The position numbers and the translations under genes were made by a program. The notes under the pieces were generated by a model. It saw only the letters and a program-made list of their open reading frames with translations. It ran no database searches and was not told the DNA's origin. From Mobula hypostoma (lineage: Eukaryota), in contig NC_086108.1 in the NCBI RefSeq assembly GCF_963921235.1, positions 86,864,001 to 86,928,000 of the forward strand: a DNA stretch of 64,000 nucleotides, written 5' to 3'. How positions within the stretch are numbered: the first letter of the stretch is position 1; the number at the start of each line of letters is the position of its first letter. Shown one piece after another: positions 24,366 through 37,405 of this stretch.

Positions 24366-25472
24366 TGTCACCAGGTTCGGATATGGCCCGAGTGTGGAGC
24401 AAGAGACTTTGGAGTGGGTAGATAGTTCACAGACCTTAATGCGAACAGAGTTAGAGGGAAAAGAAAACAAAAATGCTCGGCCAAACAGGGCCGTTAACTA
24501 AAACTCTCAAATGGAAACACCGCGGCTGAAAGGAATAACTAAATATACTTGATACTTTATTGTCGCCAAACAATTGGTACTAGAATGTACAATCATCACA
24601 GCGATATTTCATTCTGCGCTTCCCACTCCCTGGATTACAAATATTAAATATTTAAAATATTAAAAGTAGTAAAAATTAGTAAATATTAAAAATTTAAATT
24701 ATAAATCATAAATAGAAAACAGAAAAATGGAAAGTAAGGTAGTGCAAAAAAACCGAGAGGCAGGTCTGGATATTTGGAGGGTATGGCCCAGATTCGGGTC
24801 AGGATCCGTTCAGCAGTCTTATCACAGTTGGAAAGAAGCTGTTCTCAAATCTGGCCGTATGAGTCTTCAAGCTCCTGAGCCTTCTCCCGGAGGGGAGAGG
24901 GGCGAAAAGTGTGTTGGCTGGGTGGGTCGTGTCCTTGATTATCCTGGCAGCACTGCTCCGACAGCATGCGGTGTAAAGTGAGTCCACGGACGGAAGATTG
25001 ATTTGTGTGATGTGCTGCGCCATGTTCACAATCTTCTGCAGCTTCTTTCGGTCTTGGACAGGACAACTTCCATACCAGGTTGTGATGCACCATAGAAGAA
25101 TGCTTCATTTAGCATTGTTGGTTTTTCTATCTTCCCAGCTGATATTTAAGATGTTTCAAAGACAATGTTGATGGAACTTTAACAAATAAAAAAATTATAA
25201 CAAATAATAACAAATTATAACAACTTATAACAAATATAAAATGAATAGTGCTAGTCTTCAGAGTTAGTTGACTCAACAGTCCAATTCCTCAGGCAAGGCC
25301 GAATTCAAGCTGGCAGTGAAACGTCGTTGTGCTTTGCTCAAGTCTCGACAAGTCCTAAGACAAAAAGAATGGAGCTAAATACCATCACAATAAAATAATA
25401 ATTAGCTGACACTTGCACATTCACAAGTGCAGTTGCCATATCTGCTGTGCTGCTGAATCTGTGGTTGTGACA
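24366..25472. mobile_element. Solo LTR inserted in the Gypsy pol, itself split at ~24545-25230
   Basis: TGTCAC...GTGACA termini; TSD GAAGG/GAAGA; the pol frame ELQS|FLGF rejoins across it. Confidence 0.8.
24546..25105 (-). mobile_element. Young Rex1/Babar-like 3' end
   Basis: Near match to 45758-46295; HPANTLFAPLPSGRR. Confidence 0.9.
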
Positions 25473-26011
25473 GAAGACTGCAGCTCTGAAAAGATTTTGG
25501 GCCTTCTCCACTCTGCCATGGCTTGGATTTGTCCAGGATCAGTTGATGCATCCTTTGAAGAGATGACATGAGCACCTACTGAGCTTAGCTTTAAGGTTGT
25601 ACTGCTCAAAGCGTGACAAAACCAGTTTAAGCTACAAAAGTTGCCCTTCGAAGGTGGAGGAGAAAGCGACATATTATCAACATAAAGCAACAGAGACTGG
25701 AACTGCTGTCACTCAGAATGCGCTCCATTAACCTTTGGAATATCTCTGGAGCATTACAGAGTCCAAAGGTCATTCACTTCAATTCAAACAGGCCAAATGG
25801 AGTACAGAATGCAATTTTAAGTCTATACCTAGCTATCAATGATAACTATGAAATAAGGTGCGAGCAGCTCTCAGAATCAGAATCAGGTTTATTATCATCG
25901 GCATGTGTAATGAAATTTGTTAACTTAGCAGCAGCAGTACAATGCAATACATGATAATATAGACAGAAAAAAATTATATCGATTACAGTAAGTACACATA
26001 CTTATATTTAC

Positions 26012-26587
26012 ATTTGAAGGCACTTGAGAAGTTCCATCAACGTTGTCTTTGAAACATCTTAAATATCAGCTGGGAAGATAGAAGAACCAACGTCAGTGTG
26101 CTAAATGAAGCAAAAACAACAAGCATTGAAGCCTACGTCATCAAGAACCAACTAAGATGGAGCGGTCATGTTGTTTGGATGAAAGACTAACGTTTGCCAA
26201 AACAAATCTTTCTACTCCCAGCTTAAAGAAGGCAAACGTAAAAAAGGCAGACAACAGAAGAGATTCAAAGATGTCTTAAAAGTTAAAATGAAGAAATGTA
26301 ACATCGACATCAACAATTGGGAAACCAATGCCAAGGACAGAAAACTCTAGCAAGGCATTATCCGAGAAGGAACAGCAACTTTCGAAGCCAATAGATGTGC
26401 AGAATTAGAAAAAAAAGAGAAGTAAATGGAAAGAGAAACAGCAACAACCAAAGCCTGATCCTCACCTGTCCTGAACGCGGAAGAACTTTCAAAGCCAAGA
26501 TTGGGCTCATAAGCCACTTGAGAGCCCATAAATAGATCAATGGAATGAGACCATCATCCTCGACCTCAAGGGATAGGCATGATGATA
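26012..26587 (+). mobile_element. RTE-clade LINE 3' end
   Basis: HLKALEKFHQRCL..ILNISWEDR, QLRWSGHV, C-terminal CPE.GRTFKAKIGLISHLRAH. Confidence 0.85.
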
Positions 26588-27903
26588 TGCTTCTATTAAA
26601 TAGATTAATAATAGTGCAAAAACAGTAGAAACATATATTCTAAAAAAGTGAGGTAGTGTCCATGAGGTAATGTCCATTTAGGAATTGGGTGGCAGAGGGG
26701 AAGAAGCTGTTCCTGAATCATTGAGTGTGTGCCTTCAGGCTCCTGTACCTCCTTCCCGATGGTAACAATAAGAAGAGGGCATGTCTTGGGTGATAGGGAT
26801 CCTTAATAATAGGCATCTCTGAAGATGACTTGGATACTATGGAGGCTAGTAACCAAGATGGAGCTGATTAATTTTGCTACTTTCTGTAGCTTCTTTCGAT
26901 CCTGAGAAGAGGTGCTCCATCCTTCCCTCAGACCAATCGGTGATGCAGCCTGTCAGAATGCTCACCACAGTACACCTATAGAAGCTTTCAAATGTTTTAG
27001 GTAACGAACCAAATTTCTTCAAACTCCTAAAGAAATATAGCCACTATCCTGCCTTCCTTATTGCTGCATTGATATATTGGGACCAGGTTAGATCCTTAGA
27101 GATTGTGATACCCAGGAACTTGAAATTGCTCACTTTCTCCACTTCTGAACCCTCCATGAGGATTGGCTCATGTTTCTTCATCTTACTCTTCCAGAAGTCC
27201 ACAATTATCTCTTTCGTCTCATTGGCTTTGAGTGCGAGTTTGTTGCAGCGACATGACTCGACGAGCTGGTAAATCGCACTCCTGTATACCTTCTCACCTC
27301 CTTCTGAGATCCTACTAACAATGGTTGTATTATCAGCAAATTTATAGACGGCATTTGAGCGATACCTAGCCACACAGTCATGGGTATAGAGGGAGTAGAG
27401 GACTAAGCAAACACCCCTGAGGTGCACCAGTGTTGATCGTCAGCGAGGAAGAGATATTATCACAAACTGTGGTCTTCCGGTTAGGAAGTTAGGAATGCAA
27501 TTGCAGAAGGAGATACAGAGGTGCAGGTTCTGTAGTTTATGAATCAGGGCTGTGGGAATGATGGTGTTAAATGCTGAGCTATAGTTAACGAACAGCATTG
27601 TGACATATGTGTTTGTATTGTCCAAGTGACCTAAGGCCATGTGAAGAGCCATTGTGACTGCGTCTAAGGTCCAGGTCCTTGCTGAGGCAGGAGTTCATTC
27701 TAGCCATGACCAACCTCTCAAAATATTTCGTCACTGTAGACGTGAGTGCTACTGGGCGATAGTCATTAAGGCAGCTCACCCTACTCTTCTTGGGCGCTGG
27801 TATAATTGTTGCCTTTTTGAAGCAGGTGGGAATTTCCGACTGTAGCAGTGAGAGGTCGAAAGTGTCGTTGAATACTCCCGCCTGGTGGTTGGCACAAGTT
27901 TTC

Positions 27904-28196
27904 TTTTTTCTTTTGGCGTGTGCGTCTGTGTGCATGCGTCCGCGATGTTGGCAGGACGATGTCTTTTTCATGCCTTTACAATAGGCAGAGTGAAAGAGAG
28001 AGACTGTGTGGCTTGCCATTCCTCACACAGACATTTTGCAGTATTTTTCCCTTCATTTTATGAGGTCGAGTTGCGATCTCGGCACTCAACCCGGCGCAGA
28101 TGGAAAGCATACTCGGGAGTGGACCCGACTGGGTTCGGACCCAGGAACCTCTGTTCCAGAGTCCGGCGCTGATGTCATTGCTCCACCAGTTGGCCC
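27904..28196 (-). mobile_element. tRNA-headed SINE
   Basis: A-box-like TGGTGGAGCAATG, B-box-like GGGTCCGAACCC, A-rich tail, 13-bp TSD GGCACAAGTTTTC. Confidence 0.85.
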
Positions 28197-29856
28197 GGCA
28201 CAAGTTTTCAGAGCCTTACCAGATACTCCGCTGAGGCCTGCCACTTTATGAGGGTTGCGTAGAAGATGCTGAGCTCATCTGGTAGTGAGGCATCGCTGCT
28301 ATTCATGCTATTGTGTTTCACCTTGTAGGAAGCAATGTCCTGCAAATCCTGACAGAGTTGATGTGCATCAAATGTCGCCTCCAGCCTTGCTTGGTATTGT
28401 TTCTTCACTCTTGAAATAGCCTTCCACAAGTCATACCTGGTTTTCTTGAACAGACTTGAGTCACCAAACTTAAATGCCACTGATTTAGCCCTCAGCAGAC
28501 AATGAACCTCCTGGTTCATCTATGGTTTTTGGTTTGGGAATGCGCAGCAAGTTTTCATAGGCACACATTCATCCACACAGGTTTTAATGAAGTTGGTAGT
28601 ATACTCATCCAGATTTGAAGGTGATTCCCTGAACACAGTCCAGTTCACCGATTCAAAGCAGTCCTGTAGGCTCTCCTATGCATCCCTTGCCCATACCTTC
28701 TTGGTCCTCACTACTAGTGCCGCAGTCTTCAGTTTCTGCCTATACTCGGGGAGTAAAAGTACAGCCAGGTGATCAGACATTCTGAAGTGAGGGCGTGGAA
28801 TGGCACAGTAAGCACTGTTGATCTTAATGTAACAACAGTCCACAGTGTTGTTTCCTCTGGTACTTCAAGTGATTTGTTGATGGTAATTATTCAGTGATCG
28901 TTTCACGCTGGCCTGGTTAAGATCCCCAAAATGATGGTGAAGGTGTCAGGGTGTGCTGCGTTGTGCAGGTTGATCCTATTGCTCAGATCATATTGTAATG
29001 TACTGATGCTGCAAAACAACAAATTTCACGACTTTACCAGTGATATTAAACCAGATTCTGAAAATATATAAACTGAGAGTATAGATTACCATCACATCAT
29101 ATTTGTAATGGCAAGGCAGATGTGAGAAGAGATTGAGAGTCTTTGGAATTATCTACTCAAGACAGCCATGAAGACAGAATCTGTTCAGAGTTGGGACTGA
29201 CGGACATCTGAACTATAAGAGGAAAGAGGAGAGTGGAAAAATGGTGCTGAAATTAAGACTGGATCAGCCATGATCTTAGGAGCAGGCTCAATGTGCTAAC
29301 TGGCTTACTCATTTCCGTTCCTTATGTTATTAAGTTCTTATCATTCAAAAACATCAAAATTGGTTCAGGCCCATTAGCTCTTGCCTGAAGAGTCTAAAGT
29401 CAAGATTCCTGGTTTTAGAATATCATGTAACCCATTAAAGACTGAAATAAGGAGAACTGTCTTCACTCACAGGATGACAAACCATTGGTATTCTCCATCT
29501 CAAGGAGTTAGAAACATAGAAACAGAAAAACAACAACATAATACAGGCCCCTTGTCCCACAATGCTGTGCCGAACATGTACTTACTTTAGAAATTACCTA
29601 GGGTTACCCACAACCCTCTATTTTTTTTAAGCTCCATGTACCTACCCAAGAGTTTCTTAAAAGACCCTATCGTATCCACCTCCTCTACTGTCGCCGGCAG
29701 CCCATTCTACACACTCACCACTCTCTGCATAAAAAACCTTACCCCTGACATCTACCCTGTACCTACTTCCAAGAACCTTAAAACTGTGCCCCCTCATGCT
29801 AGCCACCTCAGCTCTGGGAAAAAGCCTCTGACTATCCACACAATCAATGCTTCTCA

Positions 29857-31112
29857 CAAGGAATTCTGCAGATGCTGGAAATTCAAGCAACACACATCAA
29901 AGTTGCGGAACACAGCAGGCCAGGCAGCATTTCTAGGAAGAGGTACAGTCGACGTTTAGGGCTGAGACCCTTTGTCAGGATGAACTGAAGGAAGACTTAG
30001 TAACAGATTTGAAAGTGGGAGGGGGAGGGGGAGATCCAAAATGATAGGAGAAGACAGGAGGGGGAGGGATGGAGCCAAGAGCTGGACAGGTGATTGGCAA
30101 AAGGGATATGAGAGGATCATGGGACAGGAGGCCCAGGGAGAAGGAAAAGGGAGGGGGGGGGAAACCCAGAGGATGGGCAAGGGGTATAGTCAGAGGGACA
30201 GAGGGAGAAAAAGGAGAGAGAGAGAAAGAATGTGTGTATATAAATAAATAACGGATGGGGTATGAGGGGGAGGTGGGGCATCAGCGGAAGTTAGAGAAGT
30301 CAATGTTCATACCATCAGGTTGGAGGCTACCCAGACGGAATATAAGGTGTTGTTCCTCCAACATGTGTGTGGCTTCATCTTGTCCACAGATCCCTGAAAG
30401 TTGCCTCACAGGTGGATAGGGTAGTTAAGAAAGCTTATGGGGTGTTAGCTTTCATAAGTCGAGGGATAGAGTTTAAGAGTCGCGATGTAATGATGCAACT
30501 CTATAAAACTCTGGTTAGGCCACACTTGGAGTACTGTGTCCAGTTCTGGTCACCTCACTATAAGAAGGATGTGGAAGCATTGGAAAGGGTACAGAGGAGA
30601 TTTACCAGGATGCTGCCTGGTTTAGAAAGTATGTATTATGATCAGAAATTAAGGGAGCTAGGGCTTTACTCTTTGGAGAGAAGGAGGATGAGAGGAGACA
30701 TGATAGAGGTGTACAAGATAATAAGAGGAATAGATAGAGTGGATAGCCAGTGCCTCTTCCCCAGGGCACCACTGCTCAATACAAGAGGACATGGCTTTAA
30801 GGTAAGGGGTGGGAAGTTCAAGGGGGATATTAGAGGAAGGTTTTTTACTCAGAGAGTGGTTGGTGCGTGGAATGCACTGCCTGAGTCAGTGGTGGAGGCA
30901 GATACACTAGTGAAGTTTAAGAGACTACTAGACAGGTATATGGAGGAATCTAAGGTGGGGGCTTATATGGGAGGCAGGGTTTGAGGGTTGGCACAACATT
31001 GTGGGCCGAACGGCCTGTAATGTGCTGTACTATTCTATGTTCTATGTTCTATGTTTACAGTAGAGCAGGCCGAGGATAGACATACCAGAATGGGAATGGG
31101 TTGTGGAATTAA
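29857..31112 (-). mobile_element. Penelope-like element 3' end, split by a CR1 at ~30381-31054
   Basis: GIY-YIG C-terminal LEEQHLIFRLGSLQPDGMNIDFSNFR; 11-bp TSD AATGCTTCTCA. Confidence 0.88.
30381..31054 (+). mobile_element. Young CR1 3' fragment
   Basis: Open 205-aa ORF; (TTCTATG)n tail. Confidence 0.93.
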
Positions 31113-32184
31113 AATGCTTCTCATCATCTTATCCACCTCTATCAGGTCACCTCTCATCCTCCGTCACTCGAAGGAGAAAAGGCCAAGTTCACTCTACCTA
31201 TTCTCATAAGGCATGCTCCCCAATCCAGGCAACACCCTTGTAAATCTCCTCTGCTCCCTTTCTATGGTTTCCACATCCTTTCTATAGTGAGGCACGCAGA
31301 ACTGAGCACAGTACTCCAAATGAGGTCTGACCAGGGTCCTATTTGGTTGCAACATTACCTCTCAGCTCCTAAACTCAAACCCATGATTGATGAAGGCCAA
31401 TTCGCCATATGTTTTCTTAACCACAGAGTCAACCTGTGCAGCAGCTTTGTGTGTCCTATGGACTCAGACCCCAAGATTCCTCTGATCCTCCACACTGCCA
31501 AGAGTCTTACCATTAATAATATATTCTGTATTTGACCTACCAAAATGAACTACCTCACACTTATCTGGGTTGAACTCCATCTGCCACTTCTCAGCTCAGT
31601 TTTGCATCCTATCGATGTCCCACTGTAACCTCTGACAGCCCTCTACACTATCCACAAATCTGCAATCTGTGTCTTCAGAAAATTTACTAATGTATCCCTC
31701 CACTTCCTCGTCCAGGTCATTTATAAAATTCTGGAAGAGAAGGGGCCCCAGAACAGATCTCTGAGGCACACCACTGGTCACTGACCTCCATGCAGAATAT
31801 GACCCATCTACAACCACTCTTTGCCTTCTGTGGGCAAGCCAATTCTGGATCCACAAAGCAAGATCCCCTTGGATCCCATGCCTCCCTACTTTCTCAATAA
31901 GCCTTGCATGGGGTACCTTATCAAATGCCTTGCTGAAATCCATATACCCTACATCTACTGCTCTACCTTCATCAATGTGTGTAGTTACATCGTCAAAATA
32001 TTCAGTCAGGCTCATAAGGCATGACCTGCCTTTGACAAAGCCATGCTGACTATTCCTAATCATATTATGCTTCTCCAAATGTTCATAAATCCTGCCTCTC
32101 AGGATCTTCTCCACCAACCTACCAAGCACTGAAGTAAGACTCACTGGTCTATAATTTCCTGGGCTATCTCTACTCTCTTTCTTG

Positions 32185-32564
32185 TGTTACATACCCCGTA
32201 ACTGGGTTGCCAAACCAGCAGAAATGGACACACCGCTTTCAGGGTCTCGTTACCTCGTGGTGTCGTGTGTCGATTGCCTTAGCGAACCTGTCCCTTTTTA
32301 TCCCCCTGCTGGGGTATCGCCTGTCCATCACACTTCAAACAGTTCAGGGTTCAAAAGGAGCCGGTCTTGACAATACTCAGACCGGTGTCTCCTTCTGTTA
32401 AACTCTCTCGTCTCTTCATTAACATTTCCAAATGCTGCTCCATTGTCTTACTTATCTCTCTCTCCTGAAGACAGGTGGCAGATCAACTGTTGATCTTACT
32501 GGTGCTAGCACAGGACAGTTAACATCTTAATCTATGTGTACTTTTGTAACCCTCTTTCATCACA
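32185..32564. mobile_element. Solo LTR (380 bp)
   Basis: TG...CA termini; 4-bp TSD CTTG; the host CR1 resumes on both sides. Confidence 0.85.
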
Positions 32565-33397
32565 CTTGAATAATGGAACAACATCCGCAACCCTCCAATC
32601 CTCCGGAACCTCCCACGTCCCCAATGATGATGTAATGATCATTGCCAGAGGCTCAACAATCTCCTCCCTCACCTCCCATAGTAGCCTGGGGTACATCTCG
32701 TCTGGTCCCCAAGACTTATCCAATTTGATGCTTTCCAAAAACTCCAGCACGTCCTCTTTCTTAACGTCTATATGCTCAAGCTTTTCAATCTGCTGTAATT
32801 CATCCTTAAAATCACCAAGGTACTTTTCCGTAGTGAATACTGAAACAAAGTATTCATTAAGTACCTCAGCTATCTCCTCCGGTTCCACTCACACATTTCC
32901 ACTGTCACACTTGATTGCTCCTATTCTCTCACGTCTTATCCTCTTGATCTTCACATACTTGTAGAATGCTTTGGGGTTTTCTTTAATCCTGCTCGCCAAG
33001 GCCTTCTCATGGCCCCTTCTGGCTCTCCTAATTTCATTCTTGAACTCCTTCCTGCTAGCCTTATAATCTTCCAGATTGCTATCATTGCCTAGTGTTTTGA
33101 AACTTTTGTAAGCAGTTGTGAATTCTCAGTTACTTAATTGATTCAACATAGAGATCGATAGATTTCTGAATATTTAAGGAATCAAGGGATATGTGGATGA
33201 GTCAAGATTTAAAATTCAAGATCATTTAATGTCATTTCCGTACATAAATATATGTCCATAAAACGACGCTAGACACAGGAGTGTCTGTAGATAAGGTGAC
33301 TAACTCCTTATGCTGATGATGAGGCAAATGATACTACACGGAGGTAGATACACAGAGACTGCAGATGCTGGAACCTGGAGCAACTAACTATCTGCTG

Positions 33398-33616
33398 CAA
33401 ACAAGAGGAAATCTGCGGATGCTGGAAATTCAAACAACACACAGGAAAAATGCTGGTGAACGCAGCAGGCCAAGCAGCATCTATGGGAAGAGGTACAGTC
33501 GACGTTTCGGGCTGAGACCAGCATCCTGACGAAGTGTCTCGGCCCAAAACGTCGACTGTACCGCTTCCTATAGATGCTGCCTGGCCTGCTGCGTTCAGCA
33601 GCATTTTTTATGTGTG
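33398..33616. mobile_element. Inverted Penelope terminal-repeat pair inside an older Penelope remnant (~33350-33670)
   Basis: 13-bp TSD TAACTATCTGCTG; the arms invert at the hammerhead. Confidence 0.88.
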
Positions 33617-34579
33617 TAACTATCTGCTGGAGGAACTCAGTGGATCTATTAGCATCTGTGGGAGGGAAGGTCAGGGATTATCTTCATGAATTGTAGAGCA
33701 GGCTCCAAGGACCAAATGGTCTTCTCCTGCTACAAGTTCCTATAAACTTCAGTTAGCTTGGTGACGCTTCTGCAGAATTACCTCCTTGTAGTGTATTCCT
33801 GAATGATCACAGACAGATAAAAACACCAGGTTGTTCATAATATAAGAACTTCAAGTGCCCATCTGTTTAAGGCGTGACATTCAGAAGTGGGACCAAGAAA
33901 AACATAACACTTAAATTTCATTTCTTTTCCTTTCACACCTAAATACCTCCGCAATAGTTACTTAAGCAGAAATGAATAATGCAATCCACACTCAAATATT
34001 CTCCAGGCATCTCCCTCAAATATCCTATCAGCAACTTATTCCGGTAAATAATAGTTATGTTACTGCTCAAATAAAGTCAAAGCAGATGCTGTAATCACTT
34101 GAAATGCACTATAAAATGTAACAATCCATTTTGAAATTCAGCATTGCTTAATGTTCACTTGTACCATGCAAATACACAGGTAAAGCTTGATATATAATGG
34201 GTATAAATGGATGGAAAAATAAAGAACTCTAGAAACAAAGATTTATTCAGCGCTTTGAAAGTAAAGAGATTGTTTTGCCCTCTATTCAGATTGAATTGGA
34301 ATGCCTTCATAGTGGAAAGCAATCCAATGTTCTCATTCAGGTGTTTATTGCATATTACAAAGAAAATGCCTCATTTTTTTAAAATATTAGAATAGAAAGG
34401 ATGTAGTTCTCACAATGCATAACACCCACTTTTGCCATTTGATTCCATTAGGGCTCCTGAGATAGTTCGACTATATCCTGGAGATCACATCAGTTCCCAC
34501 AGTATTAAATTTGCAAGCAGCTCTAAGGTCAAATTTGAAATAGTTTTCCAGATTGTTGCTTAAACTGCTTCATCCTAAA

Positions 34580-37405
34580 TGTATGAGGAGGAATTTCTTT
34601 ATGCAAAGGGTGGGTGTATCTGTGGAATTCATTGGGTATACATAAAGCAGAGGTTGATAGGTTCGTGACTGATCAAGGTGTTAACAGTTAGAGGGAGAAG
34701 GCAAGAAAATGGGGTTGAGTTAGTTATTGCTTGTAATGCTGCTGGCATCTAGGGCAGTAATAAAGGCCCTTTCTCTCTGTCCACATTTCTGCCTCTATAA
34801 TACAGCAGCAAGTTGTCTTTGGTATCCCAGATTTTCTCCTCCCTTTGGGAGTCCAGTGAAGTGCTGTCTTGATGATGGAGTTAGCCTCTTTTCTCATCAC
34901 CTGCTCAATCCATCTCCAATGTTTTCTCATGATAATTGTGACCATGTTATTTTGGTGACACTGAAGGAGTAGGATGTGATTAGAGATATTTCTTGGCCAA
35001 AATATACAGAGGATCTCCCAGAGGCCCATGATGTGGACTGACAACAGCTTGGCAAAGTCATTCTTTGTCATGTGCCAGACCGTACAAGAGTGTGGACAGA
35101 GCACAGTCCTGGGACAGATTAATGTTGGTGTGGACACTGTACCTGGTTGATCCCCATAAGTTGCTCATCGACCTGAAGATGTTTCTGGCTTTGCTGGGTC
35201 TGCACTGGATGTCATCCTTGGTCCCACCATCCTGCCGAATGATGCTGCCCAGGTAGGTGAGACTGTCAGTGTTGGGTAAGTCAAAGACATATGCCTTGAC
35301 GGGAGCAGGAGACCCTACATTGAAGATCATGGTCTTAGCCTTTCTCTGACTGACTCTAAGACCAACCTTTTGTCCATCTCTTGGATACGTATCCCTGTTC
35401 CCAGATTATAGCAAGCAGTGGTTGCAGGATGTCTGCTGCAACTTCTGGGTCATCTTTGAACAGTTTGGTGTTCCAATTGTCATGTCCGGGAGCTCTGTTG
35501 TTCTTTAATGATTTTGTTGCAGCAACACTCTCTTCTTTCCTGGATCTCTGTTGATGTCATTATCCTCTGCTGCCTCTTGATGTTAAGCTCTTCATTTGGT
35601 GATTGTCTACTCAGTAACTCTCTGAAATACTCCATCCATTCTGATTCTTGCTCTTCCTCAGTTGTCAAAAGCAAAGTGTTCTTATCACTCACAGGACCAC
35701 TGGATCTGGCCTGGAACATTCGGCACAACAGTTTTGAAATCTTGAATATATTTCCCTGATCACCTCCGCTGGCTGCTGCTTCGGCCTCCTCTGAAAGGTC
35801 TTCCATGTAGACTCTCTTATCCTTTCTTACAAGTCTCTTCACTTTCTTGTTAACTTCGGTGTATGTTAGTCAAAGTTTCACCCTAATTCATGTTGCCTTT
35901 GCATCTAACAATTTCTTTTTAATTTTCTGTCTTTCTTCTAAGGCTGTCCATGTTACTGCTGTAGCTATTCTTTGTTCTTCTTTCCATTTCTGTATTCTAG
36001 ACATGCCTTGCTGCTCTCCTTGAAGACTGAGGCAATCTGTTTCCCCATTGTGTTGATCCTGTCTACTAACACATCCTCATCAAGGTCTTGCAAGGCCTGG
36101 AATCTGAATCATGAGCCAGATTTCACACTGGTGTCGTTCAGCTTTTCAACACTAAAACACCTTTGTACATGTGTTCTCATCCCAGTGCTTCACAGCTTGA
36201 GTTTCATCACTGCTACAACAAGGTGGTAATCACTTCCTGTATCTGCTCCTCTCTTCACTTTTATATCCTGCAAGCATAGTCTCCATGTGCCATTGATCAT
36301 TAAGTGGTCAATCTGGTTCTTGTCACGTCCATTACATGAGCTCTATGTCACTTTGTGGATTTCACGGTGTGGAAAGATGGTCTCTCCTATGACCAGAGAT
36401 TTTTCGTGGCACAGAATTCCACCAGTGTTTCACCATTATTATTCATCATTCCACATCCATGAATGCCCATGATGTTAGTGAAGTGTGAGTTATTATTTCC
36501 TACTTTGGAATTTAGATCTCCCGTGACAATGATTATATCATGGCGTAGAGTTAACTCTACCTCTGATTGTAGCTGCTTGTTGTAGAAGATGCCCTTTTCT
36601 TCGATGTCACTATCATTAGTTGGAACATAGCATTGGATCACAGTCATGTTCACTTGCTTCCCTTTGAACCTGCCTCTCATCAGCCAACTGTTGATTGGTT
36701 TCCACTCCAGCAAGCACTTCTCAATGGCTTTCTTCATCATAACAGCTACACCATCATGATGCTGGCCATCTTCCCTTCCTGAGTATAAAACTGTTATACC
36801 AGTTGCTGCCTTTACTCTGACAGATTCTGTCCATCTGCTTTCACAGATGCCCAAAATACGTAGGTTATACGGACGCTCTTCTGGAGTTATTGTCAGTGTT
36901 GTGCATGGTTCATACCTTCCAAAAAACAGATTTTGGTTTTGGGCTTGGAGGTATTCATGGCTTCCTTCATTGTGCCAGTCGCCTCCTCTGTGTTTTATCT
37001 ACTATCAGTCGTGCAAATCTCAGGTGGAGACTCTGGAATACCATCACACTCAGATATAGGATTCTTCATTGCTCTTTCCTTAATTTTTTTTGACCAGTTT
37101 TGGTTGTTAGTCCTGAGCTGAACCCCCAAACCTGGAGGACCAGTGGACCATTCAAAGTCTTGTCTCCATCCTTTTGACCTGTTTTGCATGGGTAACCCCA
37201 CCAGGAGTCAAAGCATTAGGGCCTCACTACTGCCAACAGAGTTCTGTCGATCACTGAGGCACGCAAACCTCCAAACCTCCAAGAGGTTGCGGCCCTCTTG
37301 GAGGAGAATGGGGTTGAGTGGGATAATATATCAGCCATGATGGAATAGCAGAGCACACTGAATCGACTGAATGGCCTAATTCAGCTCCTATGTGTTTTGT
37401 CTTAT
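34580..37405 (+). mobile_element. CR1 3' end (34580-34720 and 37320-37405) split by an RTE
   Basis: GAGGAGGAATTTCTTT...GGGGTTGAG...ATCAGCCATGATGGAAT...GAATGGCCTAATTC. Confidence 0.75.
34721..37306 (-). mobile_element. RTE-clade LINE with both ends kept and RT internally deleted
   Basis: EN motifs GICESRWT, IQCYVPTN, GDLNSKVG; C-terminal ALHWTPKGRRKSG; 13-bp TSD AATGGGGTTGAGT. Confidence 0.88.

Larger units (their letters stand above)
22400..25815 (-). mobile_element. Decayed Gypsy LTR retrotransposon pol (RT, RNase H, integrase)
   Basis: FCTPFGLFELK (~25800), FLGFAGFYSRFIRNFA, KLITAPVL, LEVVAMDF...SNGQCERFNRMLHDLL. Confidence 0.9.
25871..28990 (-). mobile_element. Rex1/Babar-like LINE (EN and RT, decayed), interrupted by an RTE and a SINE
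   Basis: (CTGATT)n tail at ~25871; KFADNTTIV; PTCFKKATIIPAPKK...LNDYRPVALT; EN remnant to ~28980. Confidence 0.9.
29510..33115 (-). mobile_element. CR1 LINE hosting a Penelope (with nested CR1) and a solo LTR
   Basis: ORFs 31596-32144 and 32532-32888 (QHGFVKGRSC, DFSKAFDKV, VPEDWRVADVVPLF); TTTCTA-type tail at ~29510. Confidence 0.92.

Noticed and set aside
33782..34025. Possible minus-strand exons
   Set aside because: One has stops in all frames; the other has weak splice sites and an unrecognised peptide.
36387..36854. Craniofacial development protein 2-like ORF
   Set aside because: It is the RTE endonuclease inside a TSD-bounded decayed element, not a host gene.
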